Below are positions 9,855 to 19,481 of a stretch of DNA of 37,958 nucleotides, one piece after another. Origin of the DNA: Pseudomonadota bacterium (GTDB lineage Bacteria; Pseudomonadota; Alphaproteobacteria; Rickettsiales; UBA1997); contig RFYG01000003.1 of NCBI GenBank assembly GCA_009925685.1, positions 1 through 37,958 of the forward strand, read 5' to 3'. The notes below the pieces were generated by a model. That model saw only the letters and a program-made list of their open reading frames with translations, was not told where the DNA came from and did not search any database. How positions within the stretch are numbered: the first letter of the stretch is position 1; each line of letters starts with the position of its first letter. Position numbers and translations under genes: made by a program.

Positions 9855-11909
9855 ATGCAAGTAAAAGAAATTCCAATTTATCAATTTCTGGAAGGGTCGG
9901 ATAAAAGATTTATTATTCCCGTTTATCAAAGAGATTATTCTTGGACTAAAAAAAATTGCCAGAAATTATGGGATGACATGTTGATTTTGGCTAATTCCCA
10001 GCGACCAGATCATTTTTTAGGAACAATTGTAGGAATTGTAAGTAATTATGCAGAATATGTAATTATTGATGGACAACAACGACTCACAACGATTTCTATT
10101 TTTTTATTATCGCTTCATAATTTTCTAAAAAATAAAATTGATAAAAGCGAGGAAGAAAATCGCTTGGAAAGTCAATTATTAGAATTTTTAATTGATAAAT
10201 ATTCCAAGGATCAAGCTAGAAGAATAAGACTTAAGCCCAATAAGCAAGATGAAGTTTTTTTTAATAATTTATTTAAAGATTCGGAGGCAAAAAAATCAGA
10301 AATATCATCAAATATTATAAATAATTATAATTTTTTTAGTGAAAAAATTCACAATTGTGAAATTGCCCCGCAAGATTTATTTAATTATTTTCGCAAATTA
10401 AAAATAATTTTGATTGATTTGGTTCGTGGCATTGATGATCCTCAATTAATCTTTGAAAGCCTTAATTCGACTGGGGTAGATTTGGAATCAAGTGATTTGA
10501 TTCGTAATTACATACTCATGGATTTGGAGCCAGAAAAACAAGAGCAATTTTATCAAAAATATTGGTTAGAAATTGAAAAATTAGTTGAAGATGAATTTGA
10601 AATTTTTGTACAAAATTATTTAATTTTTAAAAATAAATCTTGGATTAAAAGTGACGATGTTTATGAAAATTTCAAAAAATTTGTTAAAGAAAATTTTGCC
10701 CAAGATAAAGAAAAAATTCTGCAAGATTTAATTTATTATGCTAAAATTTTTAGCATAATTTTTCAAATTACTAAACATAAAAATACTGAAATAAATAATT
10801 GTCTTAAAAGGTTTTGTGAACTTGATTTTAGTGTAGCGGTTCCATATTTTCTTGACATATTTACCGATTTAGATTTAGGAATTTTATCTGAAGAAAATGT
10901 TATAAAAATTATCAAAACTATTGAAAGTTTAGCCTTTCGTAAAAATTTCGTCGACAACACCTCGCAGGGTTTAAATAAACTTTTTATAACTCTGGCCAAG
11001 GAAATCAAGAAAGAGAAGGATTGGCAAGAAAATTATCTCGATATTTTTAATTTTATTTTATTAAGCAAAAGTGGTTCGACAAAATTTCCAACCGATGATG
11101 ATTTTGAAAATGCTTTTATCAATAAAGAAGTTTATAAAACAAAAAATAAATTTTATTTATTAAGTGCCATTGAGAACTACAAATCAGCCTTTAAAATTGA
11201 AATTGATGATTTGGAAATTGAGCATATTATGCCTCAAAATTTAACCAGAGATTGGCAACAAAAATTAGGTGAAAATTACGCAGAAATTCACAAAAAATAT
11301 TTGCATACTATTGGAAATCTTACGCTAACAACTTCTCGACAAAATAAAGTTTTATCCAATTTACCGAAAGAAGAAAAAGATAAAATTGATTTTCAAACTA
11401 GCAAATTAAAATTAAATTTTAGACTTGAAGAAAATAAAATTTGGAATGACAAAACTATAGTTGAAAGAGCAAAAATATTGGCTTTGGAGGCAAAACAAAT
11501 TTGGCAATATCCCAAAACTAATTATAAAAAAATAGTTATTGAGGATGAGATTTTTGATTTGACAAGCGAGGATGATTTTTCAAATAGAAAGCCTATGTGG
11601 ATTAGTTTTGAAGGTGGCAATGTGCGTATTGAATTAAAGCATTGGCGAGATTTCTTAAGAGAATTGTGCGGATTCCTATGGGAAATTCTTCCGGACGAAT
11701 TCGAAACTGTCATGAAAAATCGAGAATTAAAAAATTACTTTGATAAAAATAATTTAAGAACCCCGCTTGAGTTTGCTAAAGATAAATTTATCGAAGCGAA
11801 TTTAAGTACAAACCATATTTTAAATTTAGCACAAAAAGTTTGTGAAAGCGTTGGTTATTACCAAGAAGAAGTAAGATTCGGACTAATAAAAGAAAAAAAT
11901 AAAAACTAA
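9855..11909 (+). CDS. GmrSD-like DUF262 + DUF1524(HNH) putative type IV restriction nuclease with extra C-terminal domain
   Basis: DUF262 motifs IPVYQRDYSW, IIDGQQRLTT, IFESLNSTG; DUF1524 IEHIMPQ...IGNLTL...N; very AT-rich. Confidence 0.88.
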   Translation: MQVKEIPIYQFLEGSDKRFIIPVYQRDYSWTKKNCQKLWDDMLILANSQRPDHFLGTIVGIVSNYAEYVIIDGQQRLTTISIFLLSLHNFLKNKIDKSEEENRLESQLLEFLIDKYSKDQARRIRLKPNKQDEVFFNNLFKDSEAKKSEISSNIINNYNFFSEKIHNCEIAPQDLFNYFRKLKIILIDLVRGIDDPQLIFESLNSTGVDLESSDLIRNYILMDLEPEKQEQFYQKYWLEIEKLVEDEFEIFVQNYLIFKNKSWIKSDDVYENFKKFVKENFAQDKEKILQDLIYYAKIFSIIFQITKHKNTEINNCLKRFCELDFSVAVPYFLDIFTDLDLGILSEENVIKIIKTIESLAFRKNFVDNTSQGLNKLFITLAKEIKKEKDWQENYLDIFNFILLSKSGSTKFPTDDDFENAFINKEVYKTKNKFYLLSAIENYKSAFKIEIDDLEIEHIMPQNLTRDWQQKLGENYAEIHKKYLHTIGNLTLTTSRQNKVLSNLPKEEKDKIDFQTSKLKLNFRLEENKIWNDKTIVERAKILALEAKQIWQYPKTNYKKIVIEDEIFDLTSEDDFSNRKPMWISFEGGNVRIELKHWRDFLRELCGFLWEILPDEFETVMKNRELKNYFDKNNLRTPLEFAKDKFIEANLSTNHILNLAQKVCESVGYYQEEVRFGLIKEKNKN

Positions 11910-11947
11910 ATTTAATTCAAAAATTTATTAAAATTCGCGATTAATAA

Positions 11948-12589
11948 TCAAAAAACTTTCTTATCAAACTTACAAAATTTTTCGATTTGGCAATTTTTGC
12001 AATTGGGCTTGCGGGCTTGGCAGATATAGCGTCCGTGTAAAATCATCCAATGATGTGCATGAAATAAAAATTTCTTTGGAATTTTTTTCAATAACGCTAA
12101 TTCGGTTTTTTCGGGATTGGTTTCGTCAACAATTCCAAGGCGATTGGCCACGCGAAAAACATGGGTATCAACCGCAATTGTTGGTTTACCAAAAGCGCAA
12201 TTCAAAACTACATTGGCGGTTTTCTGCCCTACTCCCGCTAGATTTTTGAGCGATTCAAAATCACTCGGCACTTGAGAATTATGTAGTTTAATTAATTGCT
12301 CGCTTAGAATTATAATGTTTTTAGCCTTGTTGTTGTAAAGCCCAATCGTCGAAATATATTTTTTCAATTTTTCTTCGCCAAGCGCGAGCATTTTTTGCGG
12401 AGTATCCACAACTTTAAAAAGATTTTTGGTGGCCTTGTTTACGCCGATATCAGTGCTTTGAGCCGATAAAACCACCGCTACTAAAAGTGTATAATTATTG
12501 CTGAAATTTAGTTCGGTTTGTGGATGTGGATTTAGATTTTGCCAAGTCGTAAAAATATTGTTGATATTTTGAGATGAAATATTGGCCAT
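11948..12589 (-). CDS. nth: endonuclease III
   Basis: LLVAVVLSAQSTD, HhH LAGVGQKTA, AVDTHV, 4Fe-4S C-X6-C-X2-C-X5-C. Confidence 0.97.
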   Translation of the reverse strand: MANISSQNINNIFTTWQNLNPHPQTELNFSNNYTLLVAVVLSAQSTDIGVNKATKNLFKVVDTPQKMLALGEEKLKKYISTIGLYNNKAKNIIILSEQLIKLHNSQVPSDFESLKNLAGVGQKTANVVLNCAFGKPTIAVDTHVFRVANRLGIVDETNPEKTELALLKKIPKKFLFHAHHWMILHGRYICQARKPNCKNCQIEKFCKFDKKVF

Positions 12590-12723
12590 TAATGCTCAGA
12601 AAATTTTGAGTAAATCAATTTTAATTTTACAAATAAAATTTTTTTTCTAGTTTGAACGAGTGTTTTCAATAATGCAAAATGATTTTGGTTGGTGATTATT
12701 TTTGCGTAAATTTTCAAATTTTC

Positions 12724-14136
12724 ATGAATATTAGTGATATAAAAAAACAACAAAAGGTTCATTTTGTTGGTTTGGGCGGTATTGGAATGAGTGCTTTGGC
12801 ATTTATTCTTCGTAAATGGAATGTCGCGGTTCAGGGCTCAGATTTAAAAGAAAATTATTTAACTCCAAAATTAAAAGAAGTTGGCGTGCAATATTTTGTA
12901 GGCCACGATGAAAAAAATATCGATGAGAGCGTATCGCTGTTGGTTCAAACATCTATCATCAAAACTACTAACCCAGAGATATTAAAAGCCCAAGAGTTGC
13001 AAATTCCAATCATTACTCGCGCACAATTATTGGCAATTATTATGCAAGATTACAAAGGAATCACCATTGCCGGAACGCACGGCAAAACTAGCACGACGGG
13101 CATGGTAGCGATGATGCTTGAGTCAAATAATTTTGATCCAACCGTTATTAATGGTGGAATAATTCATCATTTTCAAAGTAATTCTAAAATCGGTAAAGGA
13201 GAGTATTTGGTAGCTGAGTCAGATGAGTCGGACGCAAGTTTTATAGCCTTGCCGAGTTTTATTGGCGCAGTAACCAATATTGAGCCAGAGCATCTCGAAT
13301 TTGCTGGATATGGTGGCGATTTTGAGAAACAAAAAGCTTGCTTTGAGAAATATATCACTCAAATTCCGGCGCAAGGTTTGTGCGTTTTATGCCTTGATAG
13401 CCCTGAAGTTGAGAAGATTTATAACAAATTGATTTCTAGTCATAAAAATTTAATTAGTTATTCAATTAAAAAATCCGCCGATATTGTCGCTAAAAATATC
13501 TTTGTAAGCATCGATGGAATCAGTTTTGACATACATTTTAAAAATGGCGAAATTATTGCCGGTGTAAAAATGCCAATCTATGGTGAGCATAACGCTAGCA
13601 ATGCTTTAGTTGCAGTTGCCATCGCTAAATATTTTAATTTTGGCGCTGAGCAAATTAAAAAAGGTTTAGCTAGTTTTACGGGCGTCAAACAGCGCTTCAC
13701 CAAAGTCGGAAGCTATAATGGCGTTACCATTATTGATGATTATGGTCATCATCCAACCGAGATAAAAGCAACCCTCAAAGGCGCGCGCAATTTGGTTAAA
13801 AATAACAAACTAATTTGTGTTTTTCAGCCCCACAAATACACACGCGTTCGTGATTTGTTTAATGAATTTTGTCACGCTTTTGAATATGCGGATTGTGTGA
13901 TTGTCACCGATATTTATTCGGCTTCGCAAGCTCCAATTGACGGTATTACTCAAGATTATTTAATTGAGGGTATCAAAAAAACTGGTCATCCAAAAGTTAT
14001 AAAATTGAATCACGAGAACGACTTGGCCTCAGTTTTAAAAAATGAAATTAATCAAGGTGATATGGTTTTATGCACTGGGGCCGGCACTATTAGCTCATGG
14101 GCCTATAAACTCGAAGAACAACTCAAAAAATTGTAA
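12724..14136 (+). CDS. murC: UDP-N-acetylmuramate--L-alanine ligase
   Basis: HFVGLGGIGMS, AGTHGKTSTT, ESDESD, DDYGHHPTE, FQPHKYTR; start taken at ATG 12724. Confidence 0.96.
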   Translation: MNISDIKKQQKVHFVGLGGIGMSALAFILRKWNVAVQGSDLKENYLTPKLKEVGVQYFVGHDEKNIDESVSLLVQTSIIKTTNPEILKAQELQIPIITRAQLLAIIMQDYKGITIAGTHGKTSTTGMVAMMLESNNFDPTVINGGIIHHFQSNSKIGKGEYLVAESDESDASFIALPSFIGAVTNIEPEHLEFAGYGGDFEKQKACFEKYITQIPAQGLCVLCLDSPEVEKIYNKLISSHKNLISYSIKKSADIVAKNIFVSIDGISFDIHFKNGEIIAGVKMPIYGEHNASNALVAVAIAKYFNFGAEQIKKGLASFTGVKQRFTKVGSYNGVTIIDDYGHHPTEIKATLKGARNLVKNNKLICVFQPHKYTRVRDLFNEFCHAFEYADCVIVTDIYSASQAPIDGITQDYLIEGIKKTGHPKVIKLNHENDLASVLKNEINQGDMVLCTGAGTISSWAYKLEEQLKKL

Positions 14137-14137
14137 G

Positions 14138-14569
14138 ATGGAGTTAATAATAAAAGATTTAGAAACAAAAAATTCGATGCTCGAAACTCATTTTTTGGTT
14201 CAACAAATGTATCGAAACCTTGATTATAAAGCCTTTGAGTTAGCTATTGATGAAATGATAATGCGCAATGATTATAAAATGGTAGCCGGTTTTTATGATA
14301 ATCAAATGATTGCTGTATCGGGCTTTTGGATTTCGCGCATGCTTTATTGCGGAAAATATTTGCAGGTTTCTAACTTAGTTGTTGATGGCGATAAGCGCAA
14401 TTTCGGTGTCGGCAAAAAAATACTCAATTATCTTGAAAACAAGGCTCGCAAATTGGGTTGCGATAAAATTGTTCTTGATTCTTACACTGAAAACAAAAAA
14501 TCACATTCGCTTTATTATGGTGAAGATTTTTATATTCGTGGTTTTCACTTTATGAAGGATTTAACCTAG
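14138..14569 (+). CDS. GNAT family N-acetyltransferase
   Basis: acetyl-CoA binding motif A LVVDGDKRNFGVGKKIL and C-terminal SH.LY...F; ATG 1 bp after the murC stop. Confidence 0.88.
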   Translation: MELIIKDLETKNSMLETHFLVQQMYRNLDYKAFELAIDEMIMRNDYKMVAGFYDNQMIAVSGFWISRMLYCGKYLQVSNLVVDGDKRNFGVGKKILNYLENKARKLGCDKIVLDSYTENKKSHSLYYGEDFYIRGFHFMKDLT

Positions 14570-14729
14570 AGTATAAACGATTGGGTATAGGTTAGTTCTG
14601 ACCCAAATAACTTATTGAGCTTTAATTATTAATTTTGCTAAAAATAAAATTATCAAATAAAAATCTTTGTAAAATCAAAATAAGTTAATAATTTATATAA
14701 CTAATATTTAATCATAACTATTAACATCT

Positions 14730-15287
14730 ATGACAAACCAGCGCGCCAAATACACCCCCGCACATGTTGCAAATTATATTTTGCGATATTTTTTCATTTA
14801 CAACAAAGAAATTACCCCACTAAAACTACAAAAACTTCTCTACATCGCATATGGTTGGAACTTGGTTTTGAACAAAGAAAACCCAAGACTTTTTGATGAG
14901 CCAATCTTGGCTTGGAAGTATGGCCCCGTTATTCCATCTATCTATTATTATTTTAAAGATAAAACCGCCGATAGGAACAAAATAGACAACTCATATGTGG
15001 TGACTTTTGATGAAAAAGGCGATATTGATTATAACGCCCCCATCATTCCAGATAGCGATATCAAAACCAGAAGAATTATTAACGCGGTACTAGACAAATA
15101 CGGAGAAAGAAGTGGTGAAGAATTGGTTAATAAATTGCATAAAAAGGGATCTCCGTGGGATAATGCCTATAATAAAAATGGCGTTGAAGGTTCTGGCAAA
15201 AACTCTGCTCTTAATGATGATGAAATTGCCGAAAGGTCTCGTTTTGCAATTGACGATTTTATCGAAAGCAAAAAATCATCCAATTAA
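14730..15287 (+). CDS. Panacea domain (DUF4065/GepA/SocA-like) antitoxin
   Basis: VANYIL...ITPLKLQKLLY...LFDEPILAWKYGPV..IY and L...H...PW signature. Confidence 0.9.
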   Translation: MTNQRAKYTPAHVANYILRYFFIYNKEITPLKLQKLLYIAYGWNLVLNKENPRLFDEPILAWKYGPVIPSIYYYFKDKTADRNKIDNSYVVTFDEKGDIDYNAPIIPDSDIKTRRIINAVLDKYGERSGEELVNKLHKKGSPWDNAYNKNGVEGSGKNSALNDDEIAERSRFAIDDFIESKKSSN

Positions 15288-15298
15288 TTACCACTCTT

Positions 15299-15961
15299 AT
15301 GAAAACCCACGCCAATATTAACCATTTTGATATTAATTCAAATGCTCCTGATCAATCTGAGGAAAGAATTGAGCAAATAAAGAATAATAAATTATATGTG
15401 GTTGAGTCAAACGTTTCTAAGCAATTTGATATTGATAAGGATGCCGAAATTCATAAAATATCGGTAGAAAAAGCCTATCAATTGCACGACCACAAAGCTA
15501 GGATGTTCAATTGGATAATTAATATGAGTAGTTATTACCTAATCATAGTGCTGATTATTTTTTCACTTTCAATGTTTGAGATTAGAAAAGACCTCGATGA
15601 ATATTGGTTTTATATTATACTCTCATCTTTGTTTCTATTTCCTCCATTGATTCAAAAAATTGCCGAGACGATTTTCGATTTCAAAAGAGCCAAAAAACTC
15701 TCAAATATTGATTCGAAAAAATTCGAAGAAACAGCCGAAGAAGTTTTTGATAAAAAAACCCTCAATAAAATTTTTATCGCTTTGTTTAGCGGATGCTTTG
15801 TTTTTGCCACCTATCTGTTGCTTAGCAAAATTATTAACATCCGCGACAGTGCAACGGCGCCGGATTCGGCAATAATTATTGCCCTCATCACATCGACCAC
15901 GGGCACAATTATCGCACTTCCGGCGGTTGTTGCGAAAATAATTTTTGACGAAAAAAAGTAG
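15299..15961 (+). CDS. uncharacterised multi-TM protein, candidate PanT toxin
   Basis: 11 bp downstream of the Panacea gene; about 70-aa soluble N-terminus then about 4 hydrophobic helices. Confidence 0.7.
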   Translation: MKTHANINHFDINSNAPDQSEERIEQIKNNKLYVVESNVSKQFDIDKDAEIHKISVEKAYQLHDHKARMFNWIINMSSYYLIIVLIIFSLSMFEIRKDLDEYWFYIILSSLFLFPPLIQKIAETIFDFKRAKKLSNIDSKKFEETAEEVFDKKTLNKIFIALFSGCFVFATYLLLSKIINIRDSATAPDSAIIIALITSTTGTIIALPAVVAKIIFDEKK

Positions 15962-16018
15962 CTTCAAAATCCCCAACTTCCAACAAATTCTAGGCTTATC
16001 GAATTAGCGCAATTGACC

Positions 16019-17086
16019 CTATTTGTTGATGAGATTACTTTTAAACAGCAAAGAAGTGTCGCCATAAGAATAAAAGCGATATTGTTGTTCGATGGCGTGG
16101 CGATAGATTTTAAAGGCATTCTCATAGCCCACAAAAGCGCAAACCAGCATAAATAAAGTTGATTTTGGCAAGTGAAAATTCGTCATCAAAACATCAACAA
16201 TTTTAAAATCGTAAGGCGGGTAAATAAAAATATCGGTTGTACGATTTTGTGGTTGCAAAAAACCATCACTATCAACGCTTGACTCCAAAGCTCTCAAGCT
16301 TGTTGTGCCGACCGCAATAATTTTTTTACCAAGCTTTTTGGCGTGGTTAATAATCTCACAATTTTCGGCGGACAAAACATATTTTTCGGAGTGCATTTGA
16401 TGTTTATCGAGCGTTTCAGCACGAACGGGCAGAAAGGTCCCTGCCCCTACATTCAATGTTAAAAACACACATTTCATCTTTTTTTCAACAATTTTTTTAA
16501 AAATCTCTTCGTTAAAATGAAGCCCAGCTGTTGGGGCCGCAACCCCTGCCCCATCTTTAGCATAAAGAGTTTGATAATTTTTGGAATCGTAATTTTTTTT
16601 AGAATCATCGCGCTTGATATAAGGTGGAAGAGGTGTGGATCCATGTATTTCAAGAACTTCGTGCAATTCTTTTCCACTAATTATGCGGTTGTCTAAGTAA
16701 AATTGGATTTTGATAAAACCATCGAGTTTTTTTTCGACCACAATGCAAAAAAAATTTTTTGCCAAAATTATTTTATCGTGATCATTAATTTTTTTAGCCG
16801 GCCTACAAAGTGCTTGCCAAATTCCATCAATTTCTTGGTCAAGATTAAAATCAATTGTTGATTTTGTGCGCTCAATTGTGCCACGCAATTTTGCCTTGAT
16901 AACCTTAACTTGATTAAATATCATCACGTCGCCTTCGCAAAAATAATCAATTAAATTTATAACTTTCTTATCGAAAATTTCATTATTTTTAAATATTAAT
17001 AAAGGTGTTTGTTCCTTGTTTTGACGAGGCTGATGCGCTATTAAATTTGAAGGTAAACTGAAATCAAAATCATTAGTTTTAAACAT
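16019..17086 (-). CDS. queA: S-adenosylmethionine:tRNA ribosyltransferase-isomerase
   Basis: DFDFSLP, PLPPYI, AAPTAGLHF, VGAGTF, AVGTTSLR, TNFHLPKSTL, YRFYSYGD. Confidence 0.97.
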   Translation of the reverse strand: MFKTNDFDFSLPSNLIAHQPRQNKEQTPLLIFKNNEIFDKKVINLIDYFCEGDVMIFNQVKVIKAKLRGTIERTKSTIDFNLDQEIDGIWQALCRPAKKINDHDKIILAKNFFCIVVEKKLDGFIKIQFYLDNRIISGKELHEVLEIHGSTPLPPYIKRDDSKKNYDSKNYQTLYAKDGAGVAAPTAGLHFNEEIFKKIVEKKMKCVFLTLNVGAGTFLPVRAETLDKHQMHSEKYVLSAENCEIINHAKKLGKKIIAVGTTSLRALESSVDSDGFLQPQNRTTDIFIYPPYDFKIVDVLMTNFHLPKSTLFMLVCAFVGYENAFKIYRHAIEQQYRFYSYGDTSLLFKSNLINK

Positions 17087-17840
17087 GGAAAATCACAAAA
17101 CGCATTTCGGTTTTAAAGAGGTTAATTACGAACAAAAATCGAATTTAGTAAAAAATATTTTTTCAAATGTTGCCAAAAAATATGATTTAATGAACGATTT
17201 AATGAGCGCGGGAACGCACCGGCTCTGGAAAAATAAAATGATAAATCACATTGATTTTATTGACAATATGCAAGTGATTGATGTTGCCTCTGGAACCGGC
17301 GACATAGCTTTTAGAATTGCCAAATTAGCTCAAGAAAAACATCTAAACTATCATATTGAAGTCGCCGATATTAACCCGCAAATGCTAGAGGTCGGCCGAA
17401 ATAGAGCTGTCGACAATAATTTGTTTTCCAAATTAAATTTTAATGAATGCGATGGCGAGAATTTGCCCTTTGATAATGAATCTTTTGATGTTTACACGAT
17501 TGCTTTTGGTATTCGTAATTTTACTAACATCGAAAAAGGTCTTTTAGAGGCTAGGCGTGTTTTAAAAAAGGGCGGAATGTTTTTATGCTTAGAGTTTTCA
17601 AAGGTCGATGATATTTTTTTACAAAAAATTTATGATATTTATTCGTTCAAAATCATTCCAAAAATCGGTGAAGTTATATTAAAAGATGGTGAATCATATC
17701 AATATTTAGTTGAAAGTATTCGTAAATTTCCCGATCAAAAAACTTTCCAGAAAATGATCGAAAATGCCGGATTTTCCCGTGTGAAATTTGAAAATTTAAC
17801 TTTCGGAGTTTGTGCAATTCATGTTGCTATCAAAGATTAA
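17085..17840 (+). CDS. ubiE: ubiquinone/menaquinone C-methyltransferase
   Basis: THFGF, YDLMNDLMSAG.HR.WK, DVASGTGD, IAFGIRN, SYQYLVESIRKFP. Confidence 0.96.
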   Translation: MENHKTHFGFKEVNYEQKSNLVKNIFSNVAKKYDLMNDLMSAGTHRLWKNKMINHIDFIDNMQVIDVASGTGDIAFRIAKLAQEKHLNYHIEVADINPQMLEVGRNRAVDNNLFSKLNFNECDGENLPFDNESFDVYTIAFGIRNFTNIEKGLLEARRVLKKGGMFLCLEFSKVDDIFLQKIYDIYSFKIIPKIGEVILKDGESYQYLVESIRKFPDQKTFQKMIENAGFSRVKFENLTFGVCAIHVAIKD

Positions 17841-18111
17841 AATTTTTGTTATTTTGATATTTTTAACTTCATGTCAAGGGGCCTGCTTTATTGAGCCCAA
17901 ACACACTGAAGAGGCGCAAAGATTATACGAAATGCTCGGAACCCATCGTGCTTTTCTCAGTCATGACGAGGCTTACAAACTTTTCGGAGCCTGTTACCGT
18001 CAATCGGACAGAATTTTTGTTTCAAAAAATCTTTATAAAAATAAATATATTTTAGTGAGATTTGGCGAGCCGATTACTTTCCAAGATGAAGATAAGTGGT
18101 TTGGGTTTTAG
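17821..18111 (+). CDS. small putative lipoprotein
   Basis: MLLSKIKIFVILIFLTSC: basic N-region, hydrophobic core, lipobox LTSC; overlaps the ubiE 3' end. Confidence 0.6.
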   Translation: MLLSKIKIFVILIFLTSCQGACFIEPKHTEEAQRLYEMLGTHRAFLSHDEAYKLFGACYRQSDRIFVSKNLYKNKYILVRFGEPITFQDEDKWFGF

Positions 18112-18165
18112 TTTGCGATGTTTTTAATGAATTTATATTTATACCAAAACTTATCAGAAATATTT

Positions 18166-19470
18166 TTATAATAAGTTTTGTTTATTAATAAAATCCTTAA
18201 CTAACTTCAAAATATCCATCACCGTGTCACGAATTTTGGCGTCAAAACCAATGTTAGTTTTAGCCCAATCTTTGACCCATGGCCTAGCAAGATCCCAAAT
18301 ATTAAGATTTGGGTCAAGGGTAACGCCAACACCTTCAACTAAAAGAAGAGTTTTTTGCAACAAAAGCAATTCCGGTTTGGTTTCCATGTGGTAATTTCTC
18401 GACATTTCAATTAGAGCGGTGAGTAGCTTGGCAATCGAAATATCTTTGACATCGATTCCAACAATCATTTCTCCAATTTTTCGACATGATAAAGCAAGAT
18501 CATCGATATTGGTATCGCTCGGAACAAAACCCACCTCAACATGAATTTCAGCAACTCGTTGATAGTTTTTGTGTAAAAAACCAATCAAAACCTCGGCAAC
18601 CGCAATGCGCGTTTTTTTATCAATTTTGCCCATTATTCCAAAATCAACCACGGCAATATTGCCATTATTCATTAAAAATAAATTACCCGGATGCATGTCG
18701 GCATGAAAAAAACCATGAACGTAAACTTGTTGAAAATAAGACAAGACAAGGTTTTCGGCGATAGTTTTTTTGTCAAAAGGTGAGTCGTGAATTGCTTCTT
18801 TATTAGAAAATGGAATTCCATCAATCCATTCGCTAACCAATATTTTGTTGGTCGAATGTTGCCAAAAAATTTGTGGCACATAAAACCCTTTTATTCCTTC
18901 TAAATCTTCTTTGAGTTTTGAGCCATTGGCTCCTTCGTGAAGCAAATCTAGTTCATAACGAGCAGTTTGTTTTAATAAATCGGCAATATCGCGAAGGGTT
19001 TTGCCTAAAAAATCAGAAAATGGATTCACGATTTTTATTAAAAGTTTTAGGGTTGCAATATCGCGCATCATGGTTTTTTGGATATTTGGGCGCAGTATTT
19101 TTACTGCTACTAATTGTCCATTTTGTAATTGAGCTTTGTGAACCTGAGCAATTGAGGCTGATGCGATTGGAATAAAATTAAAGTCTTTGAAGATTTTATC
19201 AAAATCTGCACCCAATTCTTGATCAATAATTGTTGTTAATTTTTTTGGGCAAAAGGGCTCAATTTTATCTTGGAATTTTGATAGAGCGCTGGCTATTGTA
19301 GATCCAACCAAATCAGCTCTTACCGATAATAATTGACCTAATTTTATGAAGGATGGCCCTGCGCTATTTAAAAAAAAATAGATAGCCTTGGTTTTATTAA
19401 TTAATAGAAGTGGAAGAAGTGAAATTAAAAGAGTTAGTAATCTAATAAGATTAATTAATGGCAAAAACAC
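18166..19470 (-). CDS. ubiB: UbiB/ABC1 atypical kinase
   Basis: GPSFIKLGQLLS.R.D, IASASIAQVH, VAVKILRP, FFHADMHPGN, DFGIMG. Confidence 0.94.
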   Translation of the reverse strand: MFLPLINLIRLLTLLISLLPLLLINKTKAIYFFLNSAGPSFIKLGQLLSVRADLVGSTIASALSKFQDKIEPFCPKKLTTIIDQELGADFDKIFKDFNFIPIASASIAQVHKAQLQNGQLVAVKILRPNIQKTMMRDIATLKLLIKIVNPFSDFLGKTLRDIADLLKQTARYELDLLHEGANGSKLKEDLEGIKGFYVPQIFWQHSTNKILVSEWIDGIPFSNKEAIHDSPFDKKTIAENLVLSYFQQVYVHGFFHADMHPGNLFLMNNGNIAVVDFGIMGKIDKKTRIAVAEVLIGFLHKNYQRVAEIHVEVGFVPSDTNIDDLALSCRKIGEMIVGIDVKDISIAKLLTALIEMSRNYHMETKPELLLLQKTLLLVEGVGVTLDPNLNIWDLARPWVKDWAKTNIGFDAKIRDTVMDILKLVKDFINKQNLL

Positions 19471-19481
19471 TAGAATTAAAT

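Noticed and set aside
14042-14137. Longer ORF-track starts for the GNAT (also murC 12679, DsbA 34299, TauE 23293)
   Set aside because: The extensions overlap neighbouring genes or hairpins or lack family similarity; downstream ATGs fit better
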